A stretch of DNA of 64,000 bases from the NCBI GenBank assembly GCA_963737905.1, contig CAVTUQ010000025.1:1-64000 (forward strand), given 5' to 3'. Source of the stretch: an uncultured delta proteobacterium. GTDB taxonomy: Bacteria; Desulfobacterota; Binatia; UBA9968. The notes under the pieces are model-generated. The model saw only the letters and a program-made list of their open reading frames with translations, had not been told where the DNA came from and searched no databases. Within the stretch, counting starts at the first letter, position 1, and every line of letters begins with the position of its first letter. This document shows, one piece after another, positions 53,174 to 64,000 of the stretch. The translations under genes and the position numbers were made by a program.

Positions 53174-54202
53174 ATGAAGAGATTGACGTTTGCCATTTGC
53201 TTGCTTCTCCTTGGGGTTGCCGCAACCCAGGCGCAAACGCCTTACTACCAGGGCAAGACTATCAGGATCGTGACCGGCTATCCTGCCGGAGACGTCAACG
53301 ATCTCTGGCCGCGGCTCATCGCGCAATTCATGACGAAATATATTCCCGGCAACCCTACCTTCATCATCCAGAATATGCCGGGAGCGAGTTCAATGATTGC
53401 CGCGAACTATGTCTACAGCGTGGCCAAGCCGGACGGTCTTACCCTCGGCTGGATTGCGCCCGCTCTTTACTTTGATCAGCTCATGGGACGTAAAGAAGTT
53501 CAATACGACTGGGCCAAATACAGTTTCATCGGTTCGCCGGCGCAGAGCGAGCACCAACTTTACATGCGCACCGACAGTCCCTATAAGACTATCGAAGATG
53601 TTCGCAAAGCGTCCGAGCCCCCCAAATGCGGCTCCGGCGGAGCAACCGGGACGGGTTTTTACTTTCCAAGGCTGCTTGAAGAGACGGTCGGCGCCAAGTT
53701 CAACATTGTCCTCGGCTACCAAGGCGGCGGCCCCATCGATCTCGCCGTGGAAAAAGGCGAGATCCACTGCCGGGCTATGACCATCGAATCATTCTTTGCG
53801 CGCGAGCCGTTTCACACGTGGCGCAAGAACAACTTCGTCAAAAGCCTGGCGCAGTCAGGCCGCAAGCGGGATGCCCGTCTTCCCGATACGCCCACCATCT
53901 ACGAGATGATGGATCAGTACAAAACCCCGGAACAGCCGCGCCGGGTCGCCACTGTGATCCTTGCCGCCGGTGTTTTCGGGCGACCCATGGTCGGCCCCGC
54001 GGGCATACCCGCCGATCGGATGAAGGTCCTGCGAGCGGCCCTACTGAGCGCGTTGAAAGATCCGGAACTGAAAGGTGAAGCCGAGAAAAGGGGGTACGAA
54101 TTGGAGCCGGTTGGCGGCGAAGAATTGGAACGCCTCGCCAAGGAAGTCATGGCACAGCCACCGGAGGTGGTTGAGAGAATGAAGAAGGTGCTGGGAAACT
54201 AG
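53174..54202 (+). CDS. Bug/TctC-like substrate-binding protein
   Basis: YYQGKTIRIVTG, IPGNP...QNMPGA, AKPDGLT, GY.GG..IDLA.EKGE. Confidence 0.87.
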   Translation: MKRLTFAICLLLLGVAATQAQTPYYQGKTIRIVTGYPAGDVNDLWPRLIAQFMTKYIPGNPTFIIQNMPGASSMIAANYVYSVAKPDGLTLGWIAPALYFDQLMGRKEVQYDWAKYSFIGSPAQSEHQLYMRTDSPYKTIEDVRKASEPPKCGSGGATGTGFYFPRLLEETVGAKFNIVLGYQGGGPIDLAVEKGEIHCRAMTIESFFAREPFHTWRKNNFVKSLAQSGRKRDARLPDTPTIYEMMDQYKTPEQPRRVATVILAAGVFGRPMVGPAGIPADRMKVLRAALLSALKDPELKGEAEKRGYELEPVGGEELERLAKEVMAQPPEVVERMKKVLGN

Positions 54203-54319
54203 TCAGTATTATTCTCCGGAGCTAACCGCGACTTATCGAGAAGACTTTCCTTCCCGGATCTCCTTTATGAAAGAAACTAAAAGACTTCACGCAATAAACG
54301 CTTTATTCCGATCGGGATT

Positions 54320-54517
54320 TTAATTATCGATGCAACCGATGGTTACTTCGCGACAGAGCTGCATCAAGTCGGGGTCGATGGGACCGCAAGGACGACAAAG
54401 TCGAATCGGCCACGTGATGTCTCTGTCTGACTCCAGTCCTATCGTCGCGGACTTAGTGGCGCTTTTATCACAGACCTCACAGACAAAATCTTTGCTTTGC
54501 AGTTCCACGATGCGCAT
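54320..54517 (-). CDS. Small Cys-rich protein (CxxC...CxxC, putative zinc ribbon)
   Basis: GAGAGG RBS before the ATG; CEVC and CRPC motifs; 65 aa. Confidence 0.5.
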   Translation of the reverse strand: MRIVELQSKDFVCEVCDKSATKSATIGLESDRDITWPIRLCRPCGPIDPDLMQLCREVTIGCIDN

Positions 54518-54543
54518 AAAAACCTCTCGGTTTACTCAAAACA

Positions 54544-54573
54544 AACCGCGGCTGGATAGTTCCAGCCGCGGTT
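54544..54573 (-). terminator. Intrinsic terminator after the fasciclin gene
   Basis: Perfect 13-bp stem aaccgcggctgga/tccagccgcggtt with a 4-nt loop, followed by TGTTTT on the minus strand. Confidence 0.75.
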
Positions 54574-54592
54574 GCCGCTATGGATCCTCTCA

Positions 54593-55088
54593 TCAAGGAA
54601 TCATGACCGAGTCGATCACGTGGATGACTCCATTGGTGGCCATGATATCGGTTTGCACCACCCGAGCGTTTTCCACCATGACTTTTCCGTCTTGCGTGCT
54701 GATGTCAAGGGCGCGCCCGTTGACGGTCGGCGCGGAGCTCAAGGTGACCACTTCACTTGCGGTGACCCGGCCCGGCACTACATGGTAAGTCAGTATTGCC
54801 GTTAGCTTGTCCTTGTTCTCCGGCTTGAGCAGGTTTTCCACTGTACCCGCCGGCAAGTTTCGCGAACGCTTCATCGGTCGGAGCAAAAACAGTCAACGGC
54901 CCCTTCCCTTTCAGCGTATCCACCAATCCCGCCGCCTGTACGGCGGCAACCAACGTCTTGAAGGACCCCGCCGAAGCAGCGATTTCGACGATGTCCTTGT
55001 CCGGCATCGTTTCCGCTTTCACGGAACCCGACAACCCGAAACCCAACGTTAAAGCCAATACACCCAATGCAGTTTTGAAGACTCTCAT
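54593..55088 (-). CDS. Fasciclin (FAS1) domain exported protein (one frameshift)
   Basis: Signal peptide, DIVE.A...[39 protein letters not shown]. Confidence 0.93.
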
Positions 55089-55134
55089 TTTTTTCCTCCT
55101 TTTTGTTTTTTTGTGTCTTCGCAACTCTGCATGA

Positions 55135-55149
55135 GCAACCGCGGTGCCA
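55135..55149 (-). promoter_or_regulatory. Sigma54 (-24/-12) promoter of the fasciclin gene
   Basis: Minus strand TGGCACC-GCGG-TTGC(T), 47 bp upstream of the ATG. Confidence 0.85.
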
Positions 55150-55220
55150 TTCCGCGCTGGAATACAATTCATCCCGGTTTTACAAGCCTTTAGGTGCGAT
55201 CGCTCGGTGAGAACAAAAAT

Positions 55221-55283
55221 CCGAGACAAACGGTGAGACATTAAACTGTCTCAACACCGTTTCACGAATGTGTCAGCTGAGAC
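55221..55283. promoter_or_regulatory. Putative enhancer (UAS) for the adjacent sigma54 activator
   Basis: Perfect TGAGACA-N6-TGTCTCA at 55234-55253, plus extra GAGAC(A) half-sites near 55223 and 55279. Confidence 0.6.
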
Positions 55284-55290
55284 GGCCTAA

Positions 55291-57046
55291 CTATTTCTCT
55301 TCGGAATTGATTTTGAGGTCGGCCAAGCGACGGTAAAGCGTAGCGCGACTGATGCCGAGAAGACGCGCCGCCAGGGCGCGATTTCCGCGCGAACGTTCCA
55401 GTGCCTGTAAAAATCGCGCCTTTTCATCGACCAACGGATCGCCGGGAATCACGTTTTCAAAGGCGGCGGGGTTAAGGATCTCGGGAGGTAAATCATCGGG
55501 CTGGATCACCGAGCCGCTGCAGGGGATCACCGCAAATTCAATGGCGCTTCTGAGCTCGCGAACATTACCGGGCCATGAGTAGTCCGCAAGCAAGCGTAGA
55601 GCATCATGGCTGAGTTCAGTCACGTGCTTTCCACCCGCCGCGGAAAACTGCGCGAGAAACGAAGCAGCCAGCAACGGGATATCTTCGCGCCGGGCGCGCA
55701 GCGGCGGCAAGCTGATCCGCGCCACCCGAATACGGTAGAACAAATCCGAACGGAAGCTTCCTTTTTCCACCTCGTCACTCAGGCTGCGGTGGGTCGCCGC
55801 CAATACCCGCACGTCGATCTTCCTCGGACGCGATTCTCCCAGGCGGGTAATCTCGCGCTCCTGAAGCACACGCAGCAGCTGGTTCTGCACCGTCATCGGT
55901 ATATCGCCGATCTCATCCAACAGCAGGGTGCCTCCATTGGCCGCTTCCAACAGTCCCTGGTGATCCTCAATAGCTCCGGTAAAAGCGCCGCGTTTGTGCC
56001 CGAACAGCTGGCTCGCCAGGAGCGATTCCGTGAGACCGGCACAGTTCACGGCAATGAAGGGCTTATCTTTGCGATGGCTTGAAGAATGGATTGCGCGAGC
56101 GACCAGCTCTTTTCCCGTCCCGGTATCGCCTTCGATCAGCACTGTCGAATCCACCCGCGCCACGTTGCGGATCTGCTGGTAAACTAGCTGCATGGCTTTG
56201 CTCTTGCCCAAAAGATCGTGAAACTGCGCCCGTTCGTCGAGCAGACGGCGGAGGTCATGAACTTCAGTGACATCATAGAAAAAGAAAATCTTGCCGCGTG
56301 GGTCGCGGGGATCGTCCTTAACATCCACTTCGAGCCAGACGCGCCGGCCGTCGGTTCGGTCCAGGTGAACCGGAATCTTGGCCCGTTCCTCCGGCGGTTT
56401 TTGAATCAGCGCTTGCAGTTGAAGCGTGTCTTCGGCATCCAAGCCAAACAGGTCTTTCCAAGTCATGTCCACCCTACCGGCCTCCGGCTGGGCAAACAGT
56501 TGCTGAGCGGCTGCGCTAAGAAATACGACATGGCCTTTTTCATCGGTCATGGCCGTGCCGATGCGCAGTTCATTCAATATCGAAAGAAGATCATTGCGGC
56601 TTTTTTCGACCTGCCGGAACATCTCTCTGAGCTGGTCATCGGCTAACTTCCGCGCGGTGACATTTCTCTGGATTGAAAGAAAATGACTGATTTGTCGGTC
56701 GGTACTGCGGATCGGGGTGATATCCCATTCCACATAATACTCACTGCCGTCTTTGCGATAGTTGACGGTCTCGCCTGAAAAAGGTTCTCCGCGCTTCAGC
56801 GTCTCGCGCAGCCGTTGCAGCATGGCGCGATCCGACTTGGGGCCTTGAAGGATACGCGGTGTTTTTTGCAGGATTTCTTCTTGGCTGTATCCGGTCATTT
56901 CGCTGAAGGCAGGATTTGCAAAAAGGATCTCGAGGTCCCGGTGGCTCGAGCTGAGCCGACGTGATGAGCACCGCCTCCTTCGCTTGCGCAACGGCAGTCT
57001 CCAGCAACTTCAGCAGCTGCCCTGTTTCAAGCAGGCGGTTTTCCAT
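55291..57046 (-). CDS. Sigma54-dependent enhancer-binding protein with a LOV-like PAS, a second PAS, AAA+ and Fis HTH (5' frameshift)
   Basis: GDTGTGKE, LFGHKRGAFTGA, LLDEIG, DLFYR, WPGNVREL, AARLLGISRATLYRRL; N-terminal PAS with TPRILQGP, NYRKDG and IQRNVT. Confidence 0.93.
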
Positions 57047-57090
57047 CAACAGCTTGTCTCCTCGTCGCTTCCATAACTCGAAGGCTGAAA

Positions 57091-58312
57091 TTATCTCCAG
57101 ACAGATAGGTTTTCAATCCGTCCGCCGAGGACGGAGATCTTATGGATGACACGACAGATTAGTGCAGGTTTTTTCTTTCTCATTCCCCCTTCCACCATCT
57201 TGTACTCGAACAGACGGCACTCGAGAGCACCGTTATAAAGCGGGGTGCGCCTGGACACGGCGAGGCGGATGAGCGTGGGCAGGCGCATGTCGGCGCTGAG
57301 CAGGTAGACGCGCCACCCGCTGAACTGCTTTTTCAATACATCGCCCAACTTTGGGTAAAATTCCGCCAGTTCCTGCTGCTCGCCGAGGCGCACACCGTAA
57401 GGCGGGTTGGTGACGATGATTCCTTCCTTTGCAGGCGCGGAGATCTCCAGGACATTGGCCCGTTTGAGACTCACGACTTTCGCCAATCCAGCCGCCGCAA
57501 GATTAGCGCGGGCCGCTTTCAGCACGTCGCCTGAGAGATCGCTGCCATAAATCGGCAGCGGTACCTTGGGTTTTTGCCGGGCCGCGCTTCGTTGCCACAG
57601 CTCTCGCCAACCGCGCATATCGAAATTTTTGAACTTCTCGAAAGAAAAATGCCGCCCCAGACCAGGCGCGATATCGAGGGCCATGCAGGCCGCTTCCAGC
57701 AAGATCGTGCCGCTGCCGCACATGGGATCGAGCAGCGGAGCGCCGGGGACCCAACCTGCCAGACGCAGAATCCCGGCGGCGAGATTTTCCCGAAGCGGCG
57801 CCTCTCCCGTTGAGACGCGCTGGCCGCGCTTGAACAACGGCTCTCCCGTGGTGTCGAGATAGATCGCAAAACCGCGATCCGTCAGATGGGCCTGGATCGG
57901 AATATCGGGCTGCCGGGTATCCACGCTCGGGCGGCGGCCCGAGAGCCGGCGGACTTTATCGCACACTGCGTCCTTGATTTTAAGCGTGACGAAATTGAGA
58001 CTGGTGAGCGGACTCTTGGTCGCAGAGACATCGACCCGGATGGTGCGAGCCGGATCAAACCAATCGGTCCATGGCAGCGCGTAAGCGGCGCGGTAGATAT
58101 CGTCTTCGTTGCGGTAACCGCCGGTTGTTACCTGCCACAGAACGCGGCTGGCGATGCGGCTTTCGAGATTGGCCCGGTAAGCAGAGGAAGAAATCACCAC
58201 CGAACTCGACACCACCGCCGACCGTATGAGTCTTCTCCGCTTTGAGTTGCTGTAGTTCCTCCGCCAGGACGAGCTCGAGGCCGCGAGGACAGGTAGCAAA
58301 AAACCTTTCCAT
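57091..58312 (-). CDS. THUMP-domain class I SAM RNA methyltransferase (RlmL-like), frameshifted
   Basis: FFATCPRGLE, ANL.SRIASRV, LFKRG, APLRENLAA, DPMCGSGT, NPPYG, LYNG.LEC. Confidence 0.9.
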
Positions 58313-58490
58313 GCGAGATTTGGGTCGAAGGTTTGCGGGTCGGCGGATTTGAGATCCTGTCCGAGTTGTGACTTATTCTTCTCACCGATTGGATTACAAT
58401 TGCAACCGCGATCAAGAGCACAAGCGCAGACAGATACAAAGGATCGATGAAGCAAGACGAAGTGGCGGATAAAGATGAGTGAACTATTCG

Positions 58491-59555
58491 TCAGCAAATC
58501 CGCGGTAATTGCTCGCCGAACAGCAGGTCGACTACCCGCGTGCCGCCGATACCCGTTTTCATCAACACCATCCCCGGGTGATCGCTGACGACTTCTCCGA
58601 TGACCTGGGCGTCGCGCCCAAGCGGATGTTCGCGCATTCTTTGGAGGACAGCGGCTGCCGAGTCTGACGCGACGATCGCTAGCAGTTTACCCTCGTTAGC
58701 CACGTAGAGGGGGTCGAGTCCTAAAATTTCGCAAGCTCCTTGAACCGTCTCCCGCACCGGGATCTGCCGCTCGTCAATGACCATGCCGACCCGTGAGCTC
58801 GATGCGATTTCATTCAAGGTCGTCGCTACCCCGCCCCGTGTGGGGTCACGCAGGCAATGAATCTCCAGGCTGGCGCTGAGCATGCCAGCGACAAGCGCGT
58901 GGAGCGCCGCCGTGTCGCTCTCGATCGTCCCCTCGAATTCTAAATTCTCCCGCTGGGACATGATCGCCATGCCGTGATCCCCGATGGTGCCGCTCAGAAG
59001 AATCTTATCGCCCGGGCGCGCACGGTCGGCGGAGATTTGGATCGAAGGATCGACGAGGCCCAACCCCGTCGTGGTGATGAAAAGTTTGTCGCCCTTGCCT
59101 CGGTTAACGACCTTGGTGTCGCCGGTGACCAGCAGCACATTCGCTTCTCTCGCCGCCGCACTCATAGATTTGACTACGCGCTGCAGCTCATCCGTGGCCA
59201 GCCCTTCTTCCAGGATGAACGCCGCGGCAATGTACAACGGCTTCGCGCCGCTCATCGCCAAGTCGTTGACGGTCCCATTGATCGCTAGCCGGCCGATGTC
59301 GCCCCCGGGAAAAAATATCGGCGTTACGACAAAAGCATCGGTGGTGAAGGCAACCCGCGATCCGTTGAGTTGCAAAACGGCCTGGTCGTCGAGGCGGGAG
59401 AGGTAATCGTTATCAAAAGCCGGTAGGAAGACCTTTTGGATCAGGTCGCTGGTGAGCTTGCCGCCGCTGCCGTGCCCGAGGACGATCCGTTTGTGATTGA
59501 AAATCGGTGTCGGGCAAACGGCTCCAAGGAGATCCGCCGCAGTTTCTCGATTCAT
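58491..59555 (-). CDS. hypE: Hydrogenase maturation protein HypE
   Basis: HGSGG, FTTD.FVV.P.FFPGGDIG, GTVNDL, RDPTRGG, ANEG, C-terminal PRIC. Confidence 0.97.
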   Translation of the reverse strand: MNRETAADLLGAVCPTPIFNHKRIVLGHGSGGKLTSDLIQKVFLPAFDNDYLSRLDDQAVLQLNGSRVAFTTDAFVVTPIFFPGGDIGRLAINGTVNDLAMSGAKPLYIAAAFILEEGLATDELQRVVKSMSAAAREANVLLVTGDTKVVNRGKGDKLFITTTGLGLVDPSIQISADRARPGDKILLSGTIGDHGMAIMSQRENLEFEGTIESDTAALHALVAGMLSASLEIHCLRDPTRGGVATTLNEIASSSRVGMVIDERQIPVRETVQGACEILGLDPLYVANEGKLLAIVASDSAAAVLQRMREHPLGRDAQVIGEVVSDHPGMVLMKTGIGGTRVVDLLFGEQLPRIC

Positions 59556-60178
59556 CAGATCACATCCTCCTCGCCCATGGCGACATGAACCAGATCCCAG
59601 ATGATGTGGAGCAAAGCGACGTGGCACTCTTGGATGCGGTGAATGCTAAAGCTGGGAACGGTAAAACAATACTCGGCCACCTTACGGATGCGACCGCCGT
59701 CTTTGCCCGCAAAGGCGATAGTCAGGAGACCTTTTTTTCGCGCCGCCTGTAAAGCATAAATCAGATTGGGTGATTGTCCACTGGTCGAGATGGCCAGCGC
59801 CATATCCCCCGGCTTACCCCAAAGTTCGAGTTGGTCGACGAAGATCTTGGCATAGTCTTTGTCGTTCGAGATCGCTGTCAGCACCGGTATCTGGCTCACC
59901 AGATCGAGCGCCGGCAAAGCACGCCGCTTGTCGATAATCGGGTGGATAAATTCCACGGCGACATGTTGGGCGTCACAGGCGCTGCCACCGTTGCCCATCA
60001 CCCAGAGTTTGTGCCCTTCCTGGAATTGTCGGGCCATCCTTTCGCACAGCTCGGCGATTTGATCGGCGCATTGAGCGAAAAACCGTTCTTTGACTTCCAC
60101 CGACTCACGGCACTTGCGCAAGACTCTCTGGCTCAAATCGTTTGCCGCAATACTGGCTCCGTAGCCTTCAGACAGCAT
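59555..60178 (-). CDS. SIS-domain phosphoheptose isomerase-like (GmhA-like) protein within the hyp operon
   Basis: [35 protein letters not shown]. Confidence 0.88.
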   Translation of the reverse strand: MLSEGYGASIAANDLSQRVLRKCRESVEVKERFFAQCADQIAELCERMARQFQEGHKLWVMGNGGSACDAQHVAVEFIHPIIDKRRALPALDLVSQIPVLTAISNDKDYAKIFVDQLELWGKPGDMALAISTSGQSPNLIYALQAARKKGLLTIAFAGKDGGRIRKVAEYCFTVPSFSIHRIQECHVALLHIIWDLVHVAMGEEDVI

Positions 60179-61283
60179 GAGAATTCTCTCCCCTTTTGAG
60201 ATGGCGTCCATAGGCGTAGTAGGCGGCGCAAGCGCCTTCGGCGGAGACCATGGTGGCGCCCAGGGGAGTTTGCGGCGTGCAAAGCGTCCCGAAGGCCGGA
60301 CAGTCGTGCGGCTTCTTAATTCCCTTCAAGATCTGCCCGCTGATACAGATCGCGGGCTCCTTGGTATCGATCTCTTCAACTTCGAACAGCCGCTCGGCAT
60401 CATGATCGCGAAATTCGTAGCGCAGCCGGAAGCCGCTTTTAGGAATAGAACCGACGCCGCGCCATTTCCGATCACAGATCTCGAATACTTCCGAAACCAG
60501 CGTTTGCGCTGGTCGATTTCCCCCTCGCTCCACCGCCCGCGCGTATTGGTTTTCAACTTCGGCTCGTCCCGCTTCGAGCTGCCGCACGGTCATCAAGGTA
60601 CCCTCGAGGATGTCCAACGGCTCAAAGCCGGTGACGACGATCGGGACCTCGTAGCGAGCGCTGATCGCTTCATATTCGTGATAGCCCATGATCGCACACA
60701 CGTGTCCCGGCCCAAGAAAACCCTGGACGCGATTTTGCGGCGACTGCAGTATGGCCGCGATGGCCGGAGGCACCAGCACATGCGAAACGAGGATAGAGAA
60801 ATTCTTGACGGCATCCCGCTGCGCGCGCCAGACCGCCATGGCGTTGGCCGGAGCGGTGGTTTCAAAACCGACGGCGAAAAAAACCACTTTCTTATCCGGA
60901 TTCGCCCGCGCTATTTTCAGGCAATCCAGCGGCGAATAGACGATGCGTACGTCCGCGCCCCGTGATTTCAGCGCGAAGAGATCCTCCTCGGAGCCGGGCA
61001 CGCGCAACATGTCCCCGAAGGAACAAAAGATCACGTCGGAATGCCGGGCGATGGCGTGCGCCTTGTCGATCATCTCCAACGGTGTGACGCAAACAGGACA
61101 GCCCGGACCATGAACCAGCTCGATACTCGGCGGCAAGAGATAGTCCAATCCGTGTTTGACGATGGAATGCGTCTGTCCACCGCAGACCTCCATGATGACC
61201 CAGGGGCGCGTTTGAATGCGGCGGACTTCCTCGGTGATGTTGCGGGCGAGTTGCTCGCTCCGATACTCATCTACATATTTCAC
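60168..61283 (-). CDS. hypD: Hydrogenase maturation protein HypD
   Basis: [26 protein letters not shown]-terminal Cys cluster and [12 protein letters not shown]. Confidence 0.97.
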   Translation of the reverse strand: MKYVDEYRSEQLARNITEEVRRIQTRPWVIMEVCGGQTHSIVKHGLDYLLPPSIELVHGPGCPVCVTPLEMIDKAHAIARHSDVIFCSFGDMLRVPGSEEDLFALKSRGADVRIVYSPLDCLKIARANPDKKVVFFAVGFETTAPANAMAVWRAQRDAVKNFSILVSHVLVPPAIAAILQSPQNRVQGFLGPGHVCAIMGYHEYEAISARYEVPIVVTGFEPLDILEGTLMTVRQLEAGRAEVENQYARAVERGGNRPAQTLVSEVFEICDRKWRGVGSIPKSGFRLRYEFRDHDAERLFEVEEIDTKEPAICISGQILKGIKKPHDCPAFGTLCTPQTPLGATMVSAEGACAAYYAYGRHLKRGENSHAV

Positions 61284-61561
61284 GGCGACCTTCCGTTTCG
61301 AGGTTTCTCTTCGACCTCGGGAGCCGCAAGCTCGGCGAGCTGGCCCATTTCTTCAAGCAAGCGATAAGTCCGCGCGGCCTCTTCCTCGTTGACCTTGCTG
61401 ATAGCGAAACCGACATGAACGACGACGTAATCGCCCGTATCTGCCTCGGGAACGTACTGCAAGCAGGCTTCCCGCACGATGCCGCCGAACTGCACCTTGG
61501 CCATACGCAGCCCTTGCGATTCATACGACTCTAAGATTTTTCCAGGAATGCCCAAACACAC
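61280..61561 (-). CDS. hypC: Hydrogenase chaperone HypC
   Basis: (M)CLGIPG N-terminus from a GTG start, [17 protein letters not shown]. Confidence 0.95.
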   Translation of the reverse strand: MCLGIPGKILESYESQGLRMAKVQFGGIVREACLQYVPEADTGDYVVVHVGFAISKVNEEEAARTYRLLEEMGQLAELAAPEVEEKPRNGRSP

Positions 61562-61562
61562 G

Positions 61563-63843
61563 TTAACCTCCCTGTTGCACGATTGCATTCGCAACCGCCG
61601 CCTGCCCAAGCGCGATACCGCCGTCGTTGATTGGAACTTTTCGATTTAGATAAATTTCAAACCCACCATCTCCAAGGGCTGGAACCAGCCGCTCCAGCAG
61701 ATATGCATTCTGAAAAGTCCCACCGCTGAGGCAGACGAGATTCAAGCCGTCAGTTTTACGTAGCCGCCGGCATGCTTCAACGATGACCGCAGCGAGAGTG
61801 TTATGAAACTTCGCCGCCATCAAATTCACTGAAACTTTCATCTGAATTTCCTGTACGAGGCGCTCGATGACAGGCCGCATATCAATTTCCCAGGGGCTTG
61901 TGTTGCGGATCTCAAAAGGATAGCTCTCCGAGATTCCTTCGAGCGCAGCCATTTCAAGTTCGATGGCTGCCTGTCCTTCGTAATTCACCTGATGGCGCAA
62001 GCCCATGATCGAAGCCACGGCGTCGAACAGCCGTCCGCAGGATGAGGTCTGGACCGTGTTGAGTCCCCGTTGCATCATCGATGTAACGATCTCGATCTTC
62101 TTTTCCGGAAGCGCGTCCCAACCGGGCAGGCCCAGAGACAATGGATCTTCCCCCAGAGCGTCGCGCAGATAACTCACCGCCATTCGCCAGGGCTCGCGAA
62201 TCGCGCGATCCCCGCCGACCAGAGGGACAGCACGCAAATGCGCGCGGCGCTCATAGCCGGAGAGTCTTGCCACCAGAAATTCGCCGCCCCAAATCGTACC
62301 GTCCTCGCCGTAGCCAAGACCGTCGAAGGCGACACCGATGACGGGTCCCGTTAGGCCGTGCTCGACCATGCAGCCAGCAATATGGGCATGATGATGCTGC
62401 ACGCCGATCTTGGTTAGCCCGTCAACTCCGACGGGCATACTTGGTGGAGAGGTATTCAGGGTGGAGATCGTGGGCGATTACGGAAGGCTCGATGGCGAAG
62501 AGATTTTTCCAGTGCTCGATCCCCTTGGCGAAGGAGTCCCACGTTTCGTAGTTTTCCAGGTCCCCGATATGGTGACTCATGAAGGCGTGGCGCTCTTTGG
62601 CCAGACAAAAAGTGTTCTTGAGATGGGCACCGCACGCGAGGATAGGTTGAACGAAGAACAACGCCACGGAGATGGGCTCCGGCGCATAGCCACGCGAGCG
62701 GCGGATCAGCAATTCCTGTTTGCCGACGGTCCGCGCCACCGAATCGTCGCAGCGCATATGAATCTCCCGATCATGAACCAGGAAATATTCAGTGATCTTA
62801 CCGAGCCTGCAAAGCGCATCGTCATCCTTGTAAGCGATGGGCTCTTCACTCAAGTTCCCGCTGGTCATCACCAGCGGGACGTCCGCGTCCGTAAGCAACA
62901 AATGATGCAGCGGCGTATACGGCAGCATCAACCCAAGATGTCGTTGGCCGGGAGCGACGGCTTCGGCGATTGGAATCTCCTTACGCTTGCGCAAAAGCAC
63001 GATCGGGCGCTCACGCGATCGCAGCATTATTTCCTCTTCATTGGAAACCAAGCAAAGCTGCTTGACCGCTCCAAGATCCCTGGCCATGAGCGCAAAGGGC
63101 TTATCCTCGCGATGTTTCCTCGCTCTAAGTCGCCGCACGGCGCCATGGTCCAGCGCATTACAGGCCAGGTGATATCCGCCGAGCCCTTTCACTGCCAGGA
63201 CCGCGCCTTGCCGCAGCAAGCGTGCGGCATGAGAGATCGGTTCGCCGTTCGAGATCTCGTGCCCATGAGCATCCAGCACGCGAACTCGCGGGCCGCACTG
63301 CGGGCATGCATTCGGCTGAGCATGAAAGCGCCGATCAGCGGGATCATGAAATTCGCGCGCGCAATCGCCGCACATCTCAAAATGTTCCATGGTGGTGCGC
63401 TCGCGATCGTAGGGAACGTCTTTAACGATCGTAAACCGGGGACCACAATTCGTGCAGTTGATAAAAGGATAGCGATAACGTCGATCGAGGGAATCGAAAA
63501 GCTCTTTGAGACAATCGTCACAGGTGGGCGTATCCGGTGAGATCAACACACTCCGTTCTTCTTGGCCGTGACTGCCAACGATATTGAAAGCAGACTCACC
63601 CTTCGGCGGGATGGTCCGGCAGTCAACAGTTTCTATCCGCGCCAAAGGCGGCGGCTGCTCGCGTAAATCGGTGAGAAAATTCTCCAGAGCCGGCGGCTCG
63701 CCTTCCAACTCGATGGTCACTCCCGCCGTGTCGTTCAGGACAAATCCGGCCAGGCCGTTTTTCATGGCGAGTCCATAAACAAACGGCCGGAATCCGACCC
63801 CCTGTACGATGCCTTCCACGGTGATGTGACGCCTTTCGTTCAT
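61563..63843 (-). CDS. hypF: Carbamoyltransferase HypF (frameshift near 62430)
   Basis: GIVQGVGFRPFV acylphosphatase domain, zinc fingers CDDC/CTNCGPR/C..C/CPQCGP, KGLGGYHL, QHHHAH, DGGIALGQ. Confidence 0.96.
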
Positions 63844-64000
63844 GACGTTCCCGGTCCGCTTGGATCCGGCATCTCCGCCAGCGGCAGCACTTGGTAACTC
63901 GAGAAATTAAAAACCGGCGACATCGCCAGCAGGCGATCCAGCTCTTCATTGGACGTGACGTTGTAGATCCAGGCGCCGCCATGACTGCCGACGACATGGT
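63840..64000 (-). CDS. 3' part of a small protein upstream of hypF (muconolactone-isomerase/DUF3303-like fold suspected)
   Basis: GGAWIYNVTSNEELDRLLAMSP..Y.V.PL; stop overlaps the hypF ATG (ATGA); runs off the window. Confidence 0.5.
   Translation of the reverse strand, partial: HVVGSHGGAWIYNVTSNEELDRLLAMSPVFNFSSYQVLPLAEMPDPSGPGTS

Overview
Bacterial chromosomal segment. The gene content (many orphan NMT1/SsuA- and TctC-type solute-binding proteins, LLM oxidoreductases, amidohydrolase, Delta-type dksA) suggests a Binatia/Deltaproteobacteria-like organism; this is inference. Many genes, including housekeeping ones (alr, purD, galU, rlmL-like, hypF), are split by single-base indels, most likely long-read sequencing errors, so reconstructed gene coordinates are approximate. 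Layout: (1) 1041-12621 is an ~11.5-kb decayed island integrated at the 3' end of tRNA-Ala(CGC). It has a 50-bp direct repeat, paired arm-type repeats, an integrase C-terminal stub, a TerS-like gene, a nested tRNA-Lys att remnant and a MITE. Its cargo is a GMC oxidase/Cys-hydrolase pair and an unusual membrane-anchored CHAT (caspase-like) protein coupled to an exported metallophosphoesterase. (2) 12.6-30 kb holds core genes (galU, dksA, alr, purH-purD-purE-tsaC, pepF-like, cinA, surE, hslR). (3) 30-54 kb is a catabolic/transport region with an IS4 element and a candidate sigma54-driven small RNA. (4) 54.3-57 kb is a self-contained sigma54 module: a Cys-less LOV-like PAS enhancer-binding protein, its likely UAS, a -24/-12 promoter and a fasciclin gene. 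(5) 58.5-64 kb is a NiFe-hydrogenase maturation operon, hypF-hypC-hypD-(GmhA-like SIS)-hypE. No CRISPR array or rRNA was seen.
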